From: Antedon mediterranea
Lineage: Eukaryota > Animalia > Echinodermata
Reading direction: 5' to 3'
NCBI RefSeq assembly: GCF_964355755.1
Contig: NC_092673.1
Location: 29,943,648 to 30,007,647, forward strand
DNA length: 64,000 nucleotides
A model generated the notes under the pieces. It made no database searches. It had not been told where the DNA came from and worked only from the letters and a program-made list of their open reading frames with translations. The position numbers and the translations under genes are program-made. Positions 23,986-37,700 of the stretch are shown here, piece after piece. The stretch's first letter is position 1. Every line of letters begins with the position of its first letter.

Positions 23986-26900
23986 TTAATACAATAGTAT
24001 TCATTTTTACTTTATTGATATGACTATGATTAAAATTCAATTTGTTTTAACAAAGAAAACTAGTTTGTTAATCAGTTGATTAATCCGTATGTTTTACCAT
24101 CAATGTTCAGCTACTGTAGTATAGGTTCTGTTTCTACTCTATATTTCAAGCATCATACCTGATTCACTTATTTCGTCTTCAATTACTGAAATGTTTATTA
24201 CTGCTGGTAATCATAAAGTATGCATACTTTGTAACGTTGCCAGGTTTTGAGCCGGAACCACTGAATTTATAAGCAATCAAATTAATATTTTACTCAAATT
24301 AAGTCTACATTTGTCAACATGCACAGAGACCTACTATTGTGTCATATACTGGTAGGTACTGTAGTTAACCAAGTGGGTGAGATTTTGATTTACACCTAAT
24401 ATGTCAAAGTTAAAAAGTATTAATTAAGTTGACTAAAAAAATTAAGTAGAATTCTAACATTATTAATTTATATTAAATGGTTTTTCAGTACAATAACATA
24501 TGGGTGAAAATTAAATTAAATTGTGTCGACCGACGAGCGAAGCATTGATCTAGACCTACATAACAATATGGTTTTTGCTTCATTTTGATATTTATTTGTC
24601 GTAATTCTTTGTAAATTTATATTAATTTTTTTTTATGGGTGTTAAACTCATTTGTATTGTATAGTGTTAGTAGTTCATTTTTACCTACAGTATAACTATT
24701 TTTACTAAACTAACAATATAATGTCAACACAGCTTGTAGATTTACACTAAATAATGATAAAACAAGCCATCTTGCTTAGTAGTTTAAAGCAAGTTAAAAT
24801 AATAACACCAAAACTGTGAGGAATAGTGTAGAGGCATGACCTAAACTTGTTCCAAGGTCATAGGTCATCGCAAATTGAAAGCTTGCCAATACCATGATAG
24901 TCTAAACATTACATTCTGTTGTTTTTCAGTACCTGTAGGATTTAAATTGAAAATGAAATGACTGACCGAATGTTTATAAAACGTGTGCTTATCAGATAAA
25001 TAGAAAAATAGTGCAAATGTTCAGTTTATTGTCTGCAATGCTGTATACATTTATGATTATATAACTATAAAATAATAACTTATTTTGTTTTTTTTAAAGA
25101 AAGTTTTTCATGACCTTCAGAATGTGTTTACTTTAATAATGTATCTCTTACTAATTCTGAAATATCTATTAACTTTCATCGCTACCATATTTGAGTACAT
25201 CACTCTTTATTTGTCAATGATTGTTTGATAATGTACTGTAGTACAGTAGTTCAATAATGAAAGTTTTTATAATTCTAAGTGTTTGTTTGATCAAAACAAA
25301 TTTCCTTATTGGACCAATAAAGATTCTGTTTTGTATATAATAATTGAAGATCACAAAAACAAAATAAGACCGTGTTCAAAATATTGATATAGTTCATTGA
25401 TTGTAAACCAGTACAAGTTTAACGTGTGTTTCAAGACAGTTTCGTCAAGCTACATATCAATACATGAATCGAAACCGGAGGAAAATGTTTTCTATAGTGT
25501 ACAAAATTGTTGATTACAGTATATACAATAAGAACTAATTAAATAATAACATATTAAAACCATTGTTTTAATAATAACATTTATTTGTGACAAAACAAAT
25601 GTGATGAGAGAGTTGCAGTACGAGCCAGTTATAAGAGTGACATACAAAAATTGATTTTCTTCCCAAGGAAGATTGAAATTACACATTTTATTTCACTCTT
25701 CCCTGGTCTTGCAACTATTCGCTTTAAACTGAAACATAACCTTGAGGAGACTTTCGATATTGTGAGTATTATGTTGTCTTTAACTCTCATTTTAAAAGAT
25801 TATAATGTAATGTCTGTAAAAAATCACAATCCTCCACTAATCATGGAATGGGGTCAAGTTTAGGGTCAAGTCAAGATTAATAAAATCAGAATTTGAATAG
25901 GCCATTTTGTAGTGTTTTAGTTAATCACTTCCATAAAAAAAACAGCTAAAAAGTATTGTTTTCATTTTATCTTCTCAAAGTTACTCGCAATTGGGAGATG
26001 AAGGCAGATACTGGGAAGTCTTTATACCATAGTCAATAACTGAAATGCAACCAGTTAGCTATTGAAAAGTGACACTATTGCGTGAGGTCCCTTCATAAAT
26101 ATTGATTAAGCCGTATCACAATTTGATTAATTTTCTCGTAATCAACCAAATCATATTGTACTGGAAATTCTAGAATTATTTCTTTTGCCAGAAAATTAAT
26201 GATATGATAATTGAAGTATGTACTGTAAGTGTGTTAAGATTGGTTTGAGTGGATGCCAATTTTCTGTAATCGTTTTTGCGACATTTTACAATTTATTTCC
26301 TCATTTCCAGCCTTAAATGCCTCCATACACAGTTAGTGTAGTGTAGCTTTAAAACAAATTTCTAACATAAACTAAGCTAAATTCATGAAATCTTTTTTGA
26401 AAAATTTATCTTGTTAAAAAATTAAATGAAGTATTATTTATCACTAAAGCACAAGCGACGTAATGCAACTGACGCACATAACACAACCGACGCAACGTAA
26501 GAAAATGCCTTTTCAATAATTGTGTTTTCCCCCACCTGCGTCAAATCAAACCTGCTTGTTGCACCTCAACATTAGTTACCGTTGCGTTCTAGTGGGAACC
26601 ACGCTTAAGAGTTGTTATCATTTAATTGTGTACATATTTTATATGCTTTACTTTTAAAAATGAATTTATTATTATAGTTTTACAGTATATCTTTTCCTTC
26701 TCTACACTAAAAATGTGATGTGCCCATAATATAGACACAATGATGTCAGTTCACTACAATATTTGGGCACATCACTACCATATTTAGGCACATCACATTT
26801 TTTTTGTCAATCTAGTTTGTTAGTGTAGACAGAGCTTTGCATTACTGAACATCATGCATAAAATATTATATAAATTATTAAAATTTTTATTCCCAATTTG

Positions 26901-27733
26901 TTATTGTCAGATTGCCATAGTAACTGAATATTATTATGAATCAGATGTGACGTCTAATGACACTTTATTGTTAAAATATCAAAAAATTAATCTGGCCACA
27001 CCCTTCATTCAATTATAAATTATATTGATATTTGATGCAATTCTAAAGAACATAGCCATGAATATATTATTATAAAGTGTACCTCTTTTTACTGTAGTAA
27101 AAATTATGTAATTAACTGGAAAATTATTAATTTTTGTTAAACCAAATACAGACACAAAATTAATGGTATAAATACTGTACCGTCCTTAGTCACATCTGTG
27201 TGTGTATTATTTGGTTATTTTTCAGTTTATTATATTCGGAACCAGATTTTATTTAATAATAATCTAATTAATGTCAACATATACATCTATGGTAATGTTG
27301 ATATTATTATTTTATACAAATATGACAAGTTCCTGTTTTCCAGTTAAATTATATACAAATATATTACGATTAGTTCCTATTTTTATTAATTGATAGCATT
27401 GTTGTTATTAGTCATGTCCACTGTAGTGTAACATGATTCAATACACCATTGTATTTGCTAATCCATTGTATTTAATAATAATAATAATTTATTTGAACAT
27501 ACACTTTTATAACAAATGGTGACACACTTTGAATATAAAGGTGCGTTCCAGGCACGGATTTAGACGGGGGCTAAACACGCTTTAGCCTAAAATTTAACTT
27601 TTTAAAATAAAATAATGACTATTTTTATTTTTCTTGAACCTGACAGATCTTTTTTATAATTTATGAAATATTTACTAAAGTAAAACCATACCATACAATT
27701 CAAACTATAAAATTTACACCAATAATAATGAAA

Positions 27734-28013
27734 CTAAACAGTACCCTGATATGTAAAAAACTCACCCTCCCCCTAAACAGTACCCTGATATGTAAAAAAC
27801 TCATCCCTCCCCCTAAACAGTACCCTGATATGTAAAAAACTCATCCCTCCCCCTAAACAGTACCCTGATATGTAAAAAACTTACCCCTCCCCCTAAACAG
27901 TACCCTGATATATAAAAAACTCACCCCTCCCCCTAAACAGTACCCTGATATGTAAAAAACTCACCCCTCCCCCTAAACAGGACCCTGATATGTAAAAAAC
28001 TCACCCCTCCCCC
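27734..28013. repeat. Minisatellite, 40-bp unit, 7 copies
   Basis: Tandem CTAAACAGTACCCTGATATGTAAAAAACTCACCCCTCCCC. Confidence 0.95.
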
Positions 28014-28119
28014 AATTTGGCCTCTACAATTCCCCATTTGTATGTTCTAATACTCTGTCATGTTACAAACTGTAGTAGTAATAGTATACAAACAATGAAT
28101 ATGTATATCATTATATCAC

Positions 28120-28160
28120 TTGCACTGATGAAGGGCTAGTGTTGCCTGAAAGCTCTGCGA
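28120..28160 (+). ncRNA. Minimal type I hammerhead ribozyme motif (Penelope-like pLTR fragment 28114-28272)
   Basis: TTGCA-CTGATGA-AGGGCTAGTGTTGCCT-GAAA-GCT-C-TGCGA. The core is complete, with stem II, palindromic AGCT as stem III and a 5-bp stem I. The insertion is flanked by a 10-bp direct repeat TATATCATTA. Confidence 0.75.
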
Positions 28161-28717
28161 ACTTTTCTGTTTTGATTTAGCTTTTCGCTTTTTTTGTATC
28201 TCCATTGAGATCCAGCCACTGATACCCACAGCATTGTCATTTTTTCAGTAATTTGCCTTTGGATTATTTATATATATCATTACAGAAATATTTAATCTGT
28301 TTATTTGCTGTACAGTACATCATAGATATTGACACAGTATTGTACAGTTTATAGCAGCAAATTACAGTTTAACAGAAATGCCAATACTCATTGTTTATTA
28401 TCGGTATCAAATCATTGTTAATTAATCACCTTTGTTTTCTAAGACTTAGTAATAGTGATTATTAGTCATAGGTCAGGGGTTATTATTATGTATTTGTTTT
28501 GTTGATATCCTGGTATCATTCATTACTTACAGTACCTGATGCTCAAATCGTATCATATAACTGTTGTGTCCTATTTACTATCAATACCTCATTCTTTACC
28601 TTTCCAGATACCAAGACATTTATAAGACTGTGCTTAAAGCACTGGTAGTTAGAGGACTTACTGGACACTGGTAGAAAGTGTCACCGACGAAACATCCATC
28701 CAAATAATCCTGCCAAT

Positions 28718-31700
28718 ATGACGAACATGTATACCACCACCAGGGCCACCACCACTACCACCAGTGCTTTCGTATTCTACTTTCTCTTGATGTTTTTAAG
28801 TCAAGTTTCACCTGCAAACGCTCAGTGCAATCCTCTTTTAAAGGACGATGGTTCTATAAACTGGGACAGCTGTACACTGTCCCCACATGTTCCTGCAGGT
28901 GGTTTCCAAGATGCTGAGGACTTAAAGGATGATATACCCGATGGACTAGTTGATATGGCCAATGGATTTGTAGAATTTATACAAAGGAAGGGTCTTCCTT
29001 ATGGTAAGTACAACCATTTTGTATCGCCTTCTACACCAACTTAATATGTATAACCCTAGATTCTCAATCTCTCCTCAATTCCTTATACCTGTAGATACCA
29101 AGTTCCCTCCCCTCCCCGCCCCCCTTTTATTTGAACCCAATACAATTCCCAACTTATACCTCTAATTACAATTCCCAATCTGTACCCCTCGCATTTAACA
29201 ATCTGTTTCCTTCACAACTCCCAATCGGTACCTTTGCACCTAATTTGTTCCCCTCACAGCTCCAAATCTGTACTTTGCACCTAATGTGTGCCCCTTAATC
29301 TTAACAATGGTAAACCATTAACTTTGTACTTATAAATCAACTCGGTATAAATCAACATTTTACAAGACTCAATGACCTTTTATATGACCTTATTTACACT
29401 ATGCTGTCACAGTGTTGTTAGGCTGGTTGTTATGATGTAGTATCCTAGTTACTTGTCGGCAACCACAATATCCTCATTAGGTCATTGGGTCAATATCAAA
29501 CCTTTTAGCCCACTACACAAATGAGTCAAGCACTGACATGTTTTTGTATTGTTTCTCTAACACGCATACATTCAATTCAAATATTATTTTAGGAATATTT
29601 CTTTGTTTGAATTGTATTATGAGTACAAAAAAATGATTGATATAAGTTGAGTTTGACTAACACTAACAGTTTTATTATATTGATTATTAGCAAACAGTTT
29701 AAACAGTGACATTTTTTTTCTTTTTGCCACCATACCTACAGTGCCTAATCTTTACTGTTATTTACCATCTTATTAAAATATAATATAATAAAGTTTAATT
29801 ATTGTTACTATCAATTAGTGAACAGGTGGCTCTCTACTTTAATGTTTCATTTTCTTAATTTATTTATTTTGTCTCGCTAGTTCTTCTAGGTTGTGTTTCT
29901 ATTAATATTTTACCAATTTGATAATTAATAACAAAATAAAGTGCGCATGATCTGACATTACCAAACAATTAAGAAGCCAATCACAACGCAACGATTTGTT
30001 CTTAAAAGGTTACAAATTATCGCATTTATCCGATAATTATCCAAATTTGAATGAGATAATTATCGGTTAATTTTTCTCGCGTGCAAATGATTAAACCCCG
30101 TTTCCACAGGCAGTTTATCTGTAAATTATTGGTTAATTTTTATCTGTTAATTAACAGTTAATTTTTGACTGTGGAAACACGGCTGTAAATTTATTTTTAT
30201 TTCTTATAACTTAAAAATAGTATAATACGATATGTATTTGTACAATCAATCATTCTTTTGATTTGAACCAATGTATATTTAAGTAACAGTAAACCAAGGC
30301 TGATATGACAAGCCTAGGCTGCTTAAAGATCTTTTGTCTTGTTTGGCCCTGATCAATATTCATAAATAATGCATTACAGGCTCTATGACTTCCTATTTGT
30401 TATGTTCATGTTAATACACGTTTTGTCTAATCATCGTTGAGGTTTTTAGGTGCTTTAATATTTGTTTTTTAAAATGGTTATTGAGATGTGTAATTATTAA
30501 TTGGTAACTCCAAGAAACTGATTTTCCATATAAATTATTAATTATTTAAATTAAATAAAAAGATTTCAATCTTCTAAAATAACTTGAATTTAGAGGAATA
30601 AAACTGTAATGTACTACAGTACTATGTTAGATTATTATTTATTTTTATATAATGTATTGTATATGACTAAGAATAATAAATCCTATACCCAAGTATTTAT
30701 TTAATTTATTTATTTGAACAATATTTTACAAAGGTGGTTCATCCAGCCGAAGCTAATCATTAGTATAATCCCACTTTCTAATTTAGATTAAATTTTAGGT
30801 GATAAGTTTGTTATAAAATACCATTTGATGGTTTTTTTTCAGAGGAAATCAGAAAATTAGAAGAAGATGATTTTGATAATATTAATTATCAGGATGCTGG
30901 TCAGGAGGTTTGTATAAATATGTTTGTTTAATAATACAGTTGAACCTCCGTGAGCAGCCACCTCCCTTAATAGCCGCACATTCAAAAGCCTGTTGGTTCT
31001 TCCTATCTAATTAATGCATTTGGTACCATTTTTTTTCATTTATTTATTCCTTTAATAAAAATTGATTTTATGAACTTCCATTTATTTCAAAGAATGTGCT
31101 CTATTTTACCTGTTCTGTATGGTAACCAATTATTTGTATAATATTTCAGCTGGCTGTATGGTATATAGGCATCATTGTATGTTTCTGCATTGGTATACTA
31201 TTTATCATCATAATGCCTATCATCGCCTTGTTTTTCTGCTGCTGTCGGTGTTGTAATAACTGTGGAGGGAAACGGATACAGAAGGAAACAAAAGCTATGG
31301 GTTGCAAACAAGTTGTGTTTTCTTTGTTACTGCTTTGTATAACGATTGTTATAGGGTATGTTGATACTCTGTTTGTCTCACCTAGGCCTAACATGGAAAA
31401 ACACCACATCAAACAATAGAATACTTTTATTTAATTACACAAAGCTCTATCTACACTATCAAACTTTATGTGACAAAAAAATGTGATGTGTGCATATATG
31501 TTCAAAAAACACTTATTTGTTCAACAGTGGCATTATACAGTATAATATATAGATGTGTACATAAATGAAAACATTAGTAATAAGCCATCATTTGGGGTCT
31601 TCTCTAGAAGAAATCAAGTGGGCATATCACTACCATATTTGGGCACATCACACTTTTTTGTCAAACTAATTTGATAGCGTAGACAGAGCTTGAGGCTAGT

Positions 31701-34700
31701 ACCAGATTTAGTAATAGAAATAATTTTGCAATTCCCAAAGCTCGTACAGATGCTGGAAAATTTAGAATTTCTTTTAATGGAGCTCAACTTAAGAATAATT
31801 TACCCTTAGTATGTACCTCTTCTAGATTTAAATTCATAAATGAAGTTAAATCTTTACTTTTACAAAAATATTTATTTTATTTACTTTATTTCTTTTATAT
31901 AGTTGTTGTGTCTTTCTGATTGAATTATTGTTGTTAGATCAAAATGTATGCATTATGACTAATTTATTCTTGTGACAGGAGTCAAACCTTGAATAGCGAA
32001 AACTATTTTTTAGAAGAATAGTGTACAGTAAAGGCAGAATCGCAGGGAACCTTAATCTAGACTAATGAGTTTTTTCCAAATCATTCCACATCTTGTATAA
32101 TTAATCAATTTAAATTCAACATTTAAAGCAATACAATAAAAAGAGTAGTAATTTATGAGACCAAAAAAAAACAAATTGAAGACCCATAAATGAAAAAAAA
32201 TAAATTTAAAAATCAATCAAAATCATTCAAACGATCTGAAACTAATTTAAATGCTTTTTTGGTCTAAATTAGTACATCATACTCTACAGAAATGTCAGTT
32301 CCAATCGAGTGCCATTTGAAAAAACAGGCAGAGGTATTGGATTTCACCATGTGACTAACAATTGCCAATGAAATGACAAGAATCTATTTAGGTGTGTTAT
32401 AATGAAAATTATATTGTTATTTATTTAAAGGTTTGGAATGGCTTATAGCAACACTGGGAATGATTTTCTTACTACTACGTCATGGGATAGAACAAAAGAC
32501 ACATATGATTTGACGCTGAATGAAGTTGAAGCATACTCAAGTACAGTCACAAAAGTAAGCTTAATTCAAATAAACATTTCATCAATATACGAAGTATGCA
32601 CAGAATAACTGTTAGACTCAATAGCCACATAGTTGCGTGGCACATCATGAAAGCGAATAGCCACATTGCACATTATTATCAACTTGGTTGGAAATATTAA
32701 ACTTTCACGACATTTTTATATATAATTTTAATTAATTTCAGCAATTAAATGAAATTTTTGAGGAATACCAAGTTTTTGATAAAGAGATGCGGCAACAGAT
32801 AGATGGTAAGTGATTATCGAAAATAATTTAAATAAATTGGTGATCTGGCGCTGAATTAGGCCAGGCTAAACAGCCATGTTTTTTTTTTAATAATGACTAT
32901 TTTTATTTTTCTGCTACCCGACGGATCGTTTTTAACATTTAGGAAATATTTAGCCTTCCACCACCACCACCCCCCACCCCTCTATAATGCTGGATCCACC
33001 CCTGGTGATTAATATATTGAAACAGATGTACAGAAATCAATTTAGGAATATAGTACTAGCTGTAGAACCATCCTTAGGAGGACTCTGCTATTATTCAAGT
33101 GAAGCCCTAGTAAGAGGACACTTTAAAATCCAACATAGGGAAATACAGTCATGTTTTCATTTCATTAAACTTAATTTTGCAGATAGGGGAAATCAGATAT
33201 ACAAATTAACAGAACCATATTTAGAAGAGCAGTGCGGTTTATCAGATCTATATACCAGTTATGAAGAATTTATTAATGGTTAGTATTTCAATGTACTTTG
33301 TTTTTTCCTATCGACTACCGTTTGTTTTCTTTATTTATAATATAATATCGGGTCGGGAAATAGCAGAAAAGCTGATATATACTCTCAATACCAGAAAAGC
33401 TGATATATACTCTCAATACCAGAAAACCTGAATAGAGTACCTATCAACTTAAATAATCAGTATCGTAAAGTTGTGAACAAACAATTAAAAGGTATTAAAC
33501 AAAATGATTATAGCATCTGTGATACCAAGCAATATAAACCATAATTGAAAGAGACCACTCACTTTTAAATAACAAACATATTAATTATTATTTTAATGTT
33601 TTATTCAGGAGTTTTCTGAAGCTATGTCTACACCGTACTATAAGAAATATGTGATGTGGATATATGGACACGATGATGTCATATCACTACCATATTTTGT
33701 CAAACTAGTGTAGTGTAGATAAAACTTTAGACTCTCGGTATATTTTGTATTGTGTAGTTTTTTCACCACTTTTCATTTTGTAGGCTTTTCTTGAATAAAA
33801 TTGATTTGAAATGTTATTAAATTTGTAAAGTTTAAAATAAATTACATTTTTCTGATCTTGCAGCAATCAATGCGTCGTTGATTACACTGAACACAATGGA
33901 AACACTTCAAACCGAGATCAGTAAGGAATCTGCCGCATTGAGCAGAGACTTGAAAGATATACAAACTGCATTGAATGACGTGGTGAATACGTGTGGAGCT
34001 TCATGTAATGGAATTGATACAACACTCTTAGAGCTTAATACTGACCTCTCACAGGTACTTTACTGTCTTATTACAATGGACTCCCAATACCAGACTCTCT
34101 AAAAACCGGAAAACTCTCCCAAGACCAGACTTTTCTTGAGGTCCCAAAGGTCCTAAATTCTTTTTTACCATTAGAAACACATTCCCAATACCAGGCTTTA
34201 CGGAAAACCTGACATATTAGGCCAGTCCAAAGGTGTCTGGTAATAAGAGAGTTGACTGTATTAACAATTAACAAATAATTATGTGATTTATTCACATTCA
34301 TTTTTGTATGTTTTTGGCCTCTGTTTTTTACCCCCTTTTTGTCTTGATTTTAAGAAATGATCACTCGCGTCATTTGAGATAAGGCTATTTTTAATTCTTA
34401 ATCCTCAGTTAGGTTAGGACGGCACATTTTTTGCGTAAAAATGTATTTTTAGACACAATCACATCACAGCCAATTATCTGCTAATACAGTGCTTATTATA
34501 TTTTTTGTTTTTTTTCTTTCTTCAGCTACCCGATCTAAATAATGAAATAGACAATGTTACTAAAGTCTTAGAGGAAGCCGAGAAATATGAACAGGAGGTA
34601 TATACAACATTTTATAGTATTTATTTTTATATGAATGTTGGAATATTCAATATTATTTCATTTGCCTCATAACACTGCAGCTGCTGATTGTGAATGTGTT

Positions 34701-37700
34701 GTTATTTTAGGCCAGAGATACTATAGACTCTATTCCAGAGGAGATAAATAACTCAACCAAGGACCAAGTGGATGAATTTTACAAAGAGCTTGATAATATC
34801 AATGATACTCTTGCAGAAGGTATTGAGGAAGTTGAAGATGTCAACAAAGAGGTATAAACTATTTACAGTTAAAGACTGCAGTTAAAGACTGCAGTTTTTC
34901 ACAATATTAACATATTTATATTTAAAAAACTATAGGACAAAAGAGCAGGAGAGACAATTGTTAAAAGCTGGGCCGACTCTTCTGTTCGTCAGTCTTTGGT
35001 TACTTTTCAGTGATATATCCCTAAATAGACTATTTAAAGACACTAGACATACGCTTTTTGTTCCTAATTTAAAATCACACACGAAATTTTATGTAAAAAT
35101 AAATACCATATGGACCTGATAATTTTTTTTGTCTTTAGAGGGTTAAAATGTGAAAATTAAGTTGTTTCTAATAATTTTAGCGGCCCGCTATAAATCCCAA
35201 CATGCATCGCGCGAATTGATATTTTCATATTATGATGTGATGCACCAACTTTGACCGATCGCGTGAAAGTGTAAACAAATAAAAGAACCGTAACTTTTCA
35301 GCTAAAATACCAGGTCTTGCTCAATTTGTATTAAAAGATTCTGTCAAAAAAGGAAAGAATGTGACAACAGAACAACGTCCGGCTAAGCCTATACCTAACG
35401 TATTATGTTCGTACATTACCGTTCTTTACCAGCTAGGCCTACAATACTAAGCTAGGCCTAGGAATGTCTACATGAGAACTTTCGACGCAAGCTACTTAGG
35501 TAGTGCATTGTTTTTCTATTTTTAGCATAATAAACCTTAGAATGCACATTTAAGACAAGAAATTACCTGGTTCAATGTTTATAAAGTTATATATTATTTT
35601 CACAAAACGTCAAAATTGCAGGTCTAGTGTCTTTAACTATATGTTCTTGTTGTCTTAGGTTTCAGAATTTGTGGACGATAATAAGATACCAAAAACAAAA
35701 GATGAAGCTGACGGAGACATTAGTATAGAAGAGATGGATGAATACGTTGATTATGTGTAAGTACAATCATAACTGGACACCTTGGGCTGAGCTAATACAT
35801 TTCGAAAGTCTGGTATTCTGAATGTGTTTTTAATGGTTAGAAAAGTCTGGTTTTGGGAAAGTATACTTTGTGAAACCCTTATTCAGGAGACACCCCGATT
35901 AATTTATTTATTATGACGTGAACAAGTAGAATATGTTTTAACAGTAATCCCTATTAATGAATCACCAATTATGAAGCCCCAATGTGCACCCTTATTAGGT
36001 TTCTGTATATATAAACTTTATTTACTCACGAGACTGATGTGCAGTACAACTTGTTCAATCAATATTGAAAAAAACCCACACCATGTAAATACGACAAAAA
36101 GATAGAAAAAATTGAAATTGAAAAAAAAAAATAAAAATTGATGACAAATATGCATGGCTGTCTATTGATGATGGCAATATTGACTTGTCTTCCCTTCCCT
36201 CTCTCTTGTCTATTCATGATAATTGTATCATGCTTTTGTGAGCAATACAGAAATAGTGTGAGTACTTACAACACATTTGCATAAACTGTAAATCTTTTCC
36301 TTTTGACAGAAAATATGGTTTTATTGGTATAACATGTAGTATACTGTTGATAGTAATGTTTAACATTGGTGGCATGGCAATGGGTACCTTTACTTACAGA
36401 CGTGGTTCTCCAATGGATCGGTCCAAATGTTCTAACGCTGGTGGTAATGTACTCATGTTGTAAGTATAATGTTTATATATTATATGATTATTATATTGTG
36501 TTAATATGAGCCATAACTGGATAAACCAATAGAGGACTACAACTTCTAATGATGGCATTAGCCAGACTCTGGTTTTCGTGAGCCAAGGTCTGCCATCAAG
36601 TTAAATTCATGAAGAATTGTCTTTTCAAGAATTTGTTTCACACGCAACACAAGGACGTAAGCGAGTTGCAACTAATTTCACATATCATGACGAGCTAGGT
36701 TGCTTGTGATTGGTTAACTCGATGATGTTAGTTTATTATTGTGTATAAAAAGGGATACATACATTTTGTTGTGTTATTAGGTTTAGTTGTTGCTGATAAA
36801 TATAAAAAAAAAGAAAAAAATGGATAAAATATATTGATATTTTTATGAAATTTTAAATAAAAGAAAATGTTCCAAGCCTCTATAATATGCTTTAAAATAA
36901 ATTGTTATTTTCAGTGGTGTGTTCTTGTCCTTTTTATTTTTCTGGATCCTGATGTTTGTGGTCTCAGTGTTCTTTCTGATCTTTAGTATTAGTTACCAAG
37001 TTTGTGATCCATTACAAACCAAGGAATTATTTAGAGAAGTAAGTATTCATTGCATTGTTCATTGTAATATTTTTTATAGTTTTGTGGTACACTGTGTGTT
37101 TCCAAAAGAATATATGGAATGAGACATTAATGTTTCACTTGTTACGCCACAACCATCTTTTAATTATTCTATTTATAGAGTAAATAAAAAAGAACAGAAA
37201 CAAATTTTGTTTTTTTTTAAAGAATTTACAATTGTAAATGTTGTTTTTCTATCACAGACGATAGACCAGCCTGGTTTCTTAGTTAATGGTAGTGAGGGCT
37301 CGTGGGTAGGAGAGACTCTGTACAACAATAAGTCGTATAACGTAAGCATTGCTGATTTGCTGGAAAGTTGTGAAATGAATCAAAGTGCCTACCACGCATT
37401 CCAGCTTCATTATCTGTTTGATTTCAATGATGTTTACAAGGTAAGAAGCTATTCTTAAGCTATGTATCTTTATTTTATTCAATCAAAACCAACAGCGATT
37501 ATTCAACACCAAGAACATGTAACAATAAAATACCAATATGTAAAAACAAAACATATCAAACTATGTGTGACAAAAAAAATGTGATGTTTATATATGGACA
37601 TGATGATATATCACTGCCATATTTAAGCATATCACTACCATATTTGGGCACTTTTAATGCAGAGCTTTAATAGCGTAATAAACTTGATAGTAGATTTAAA

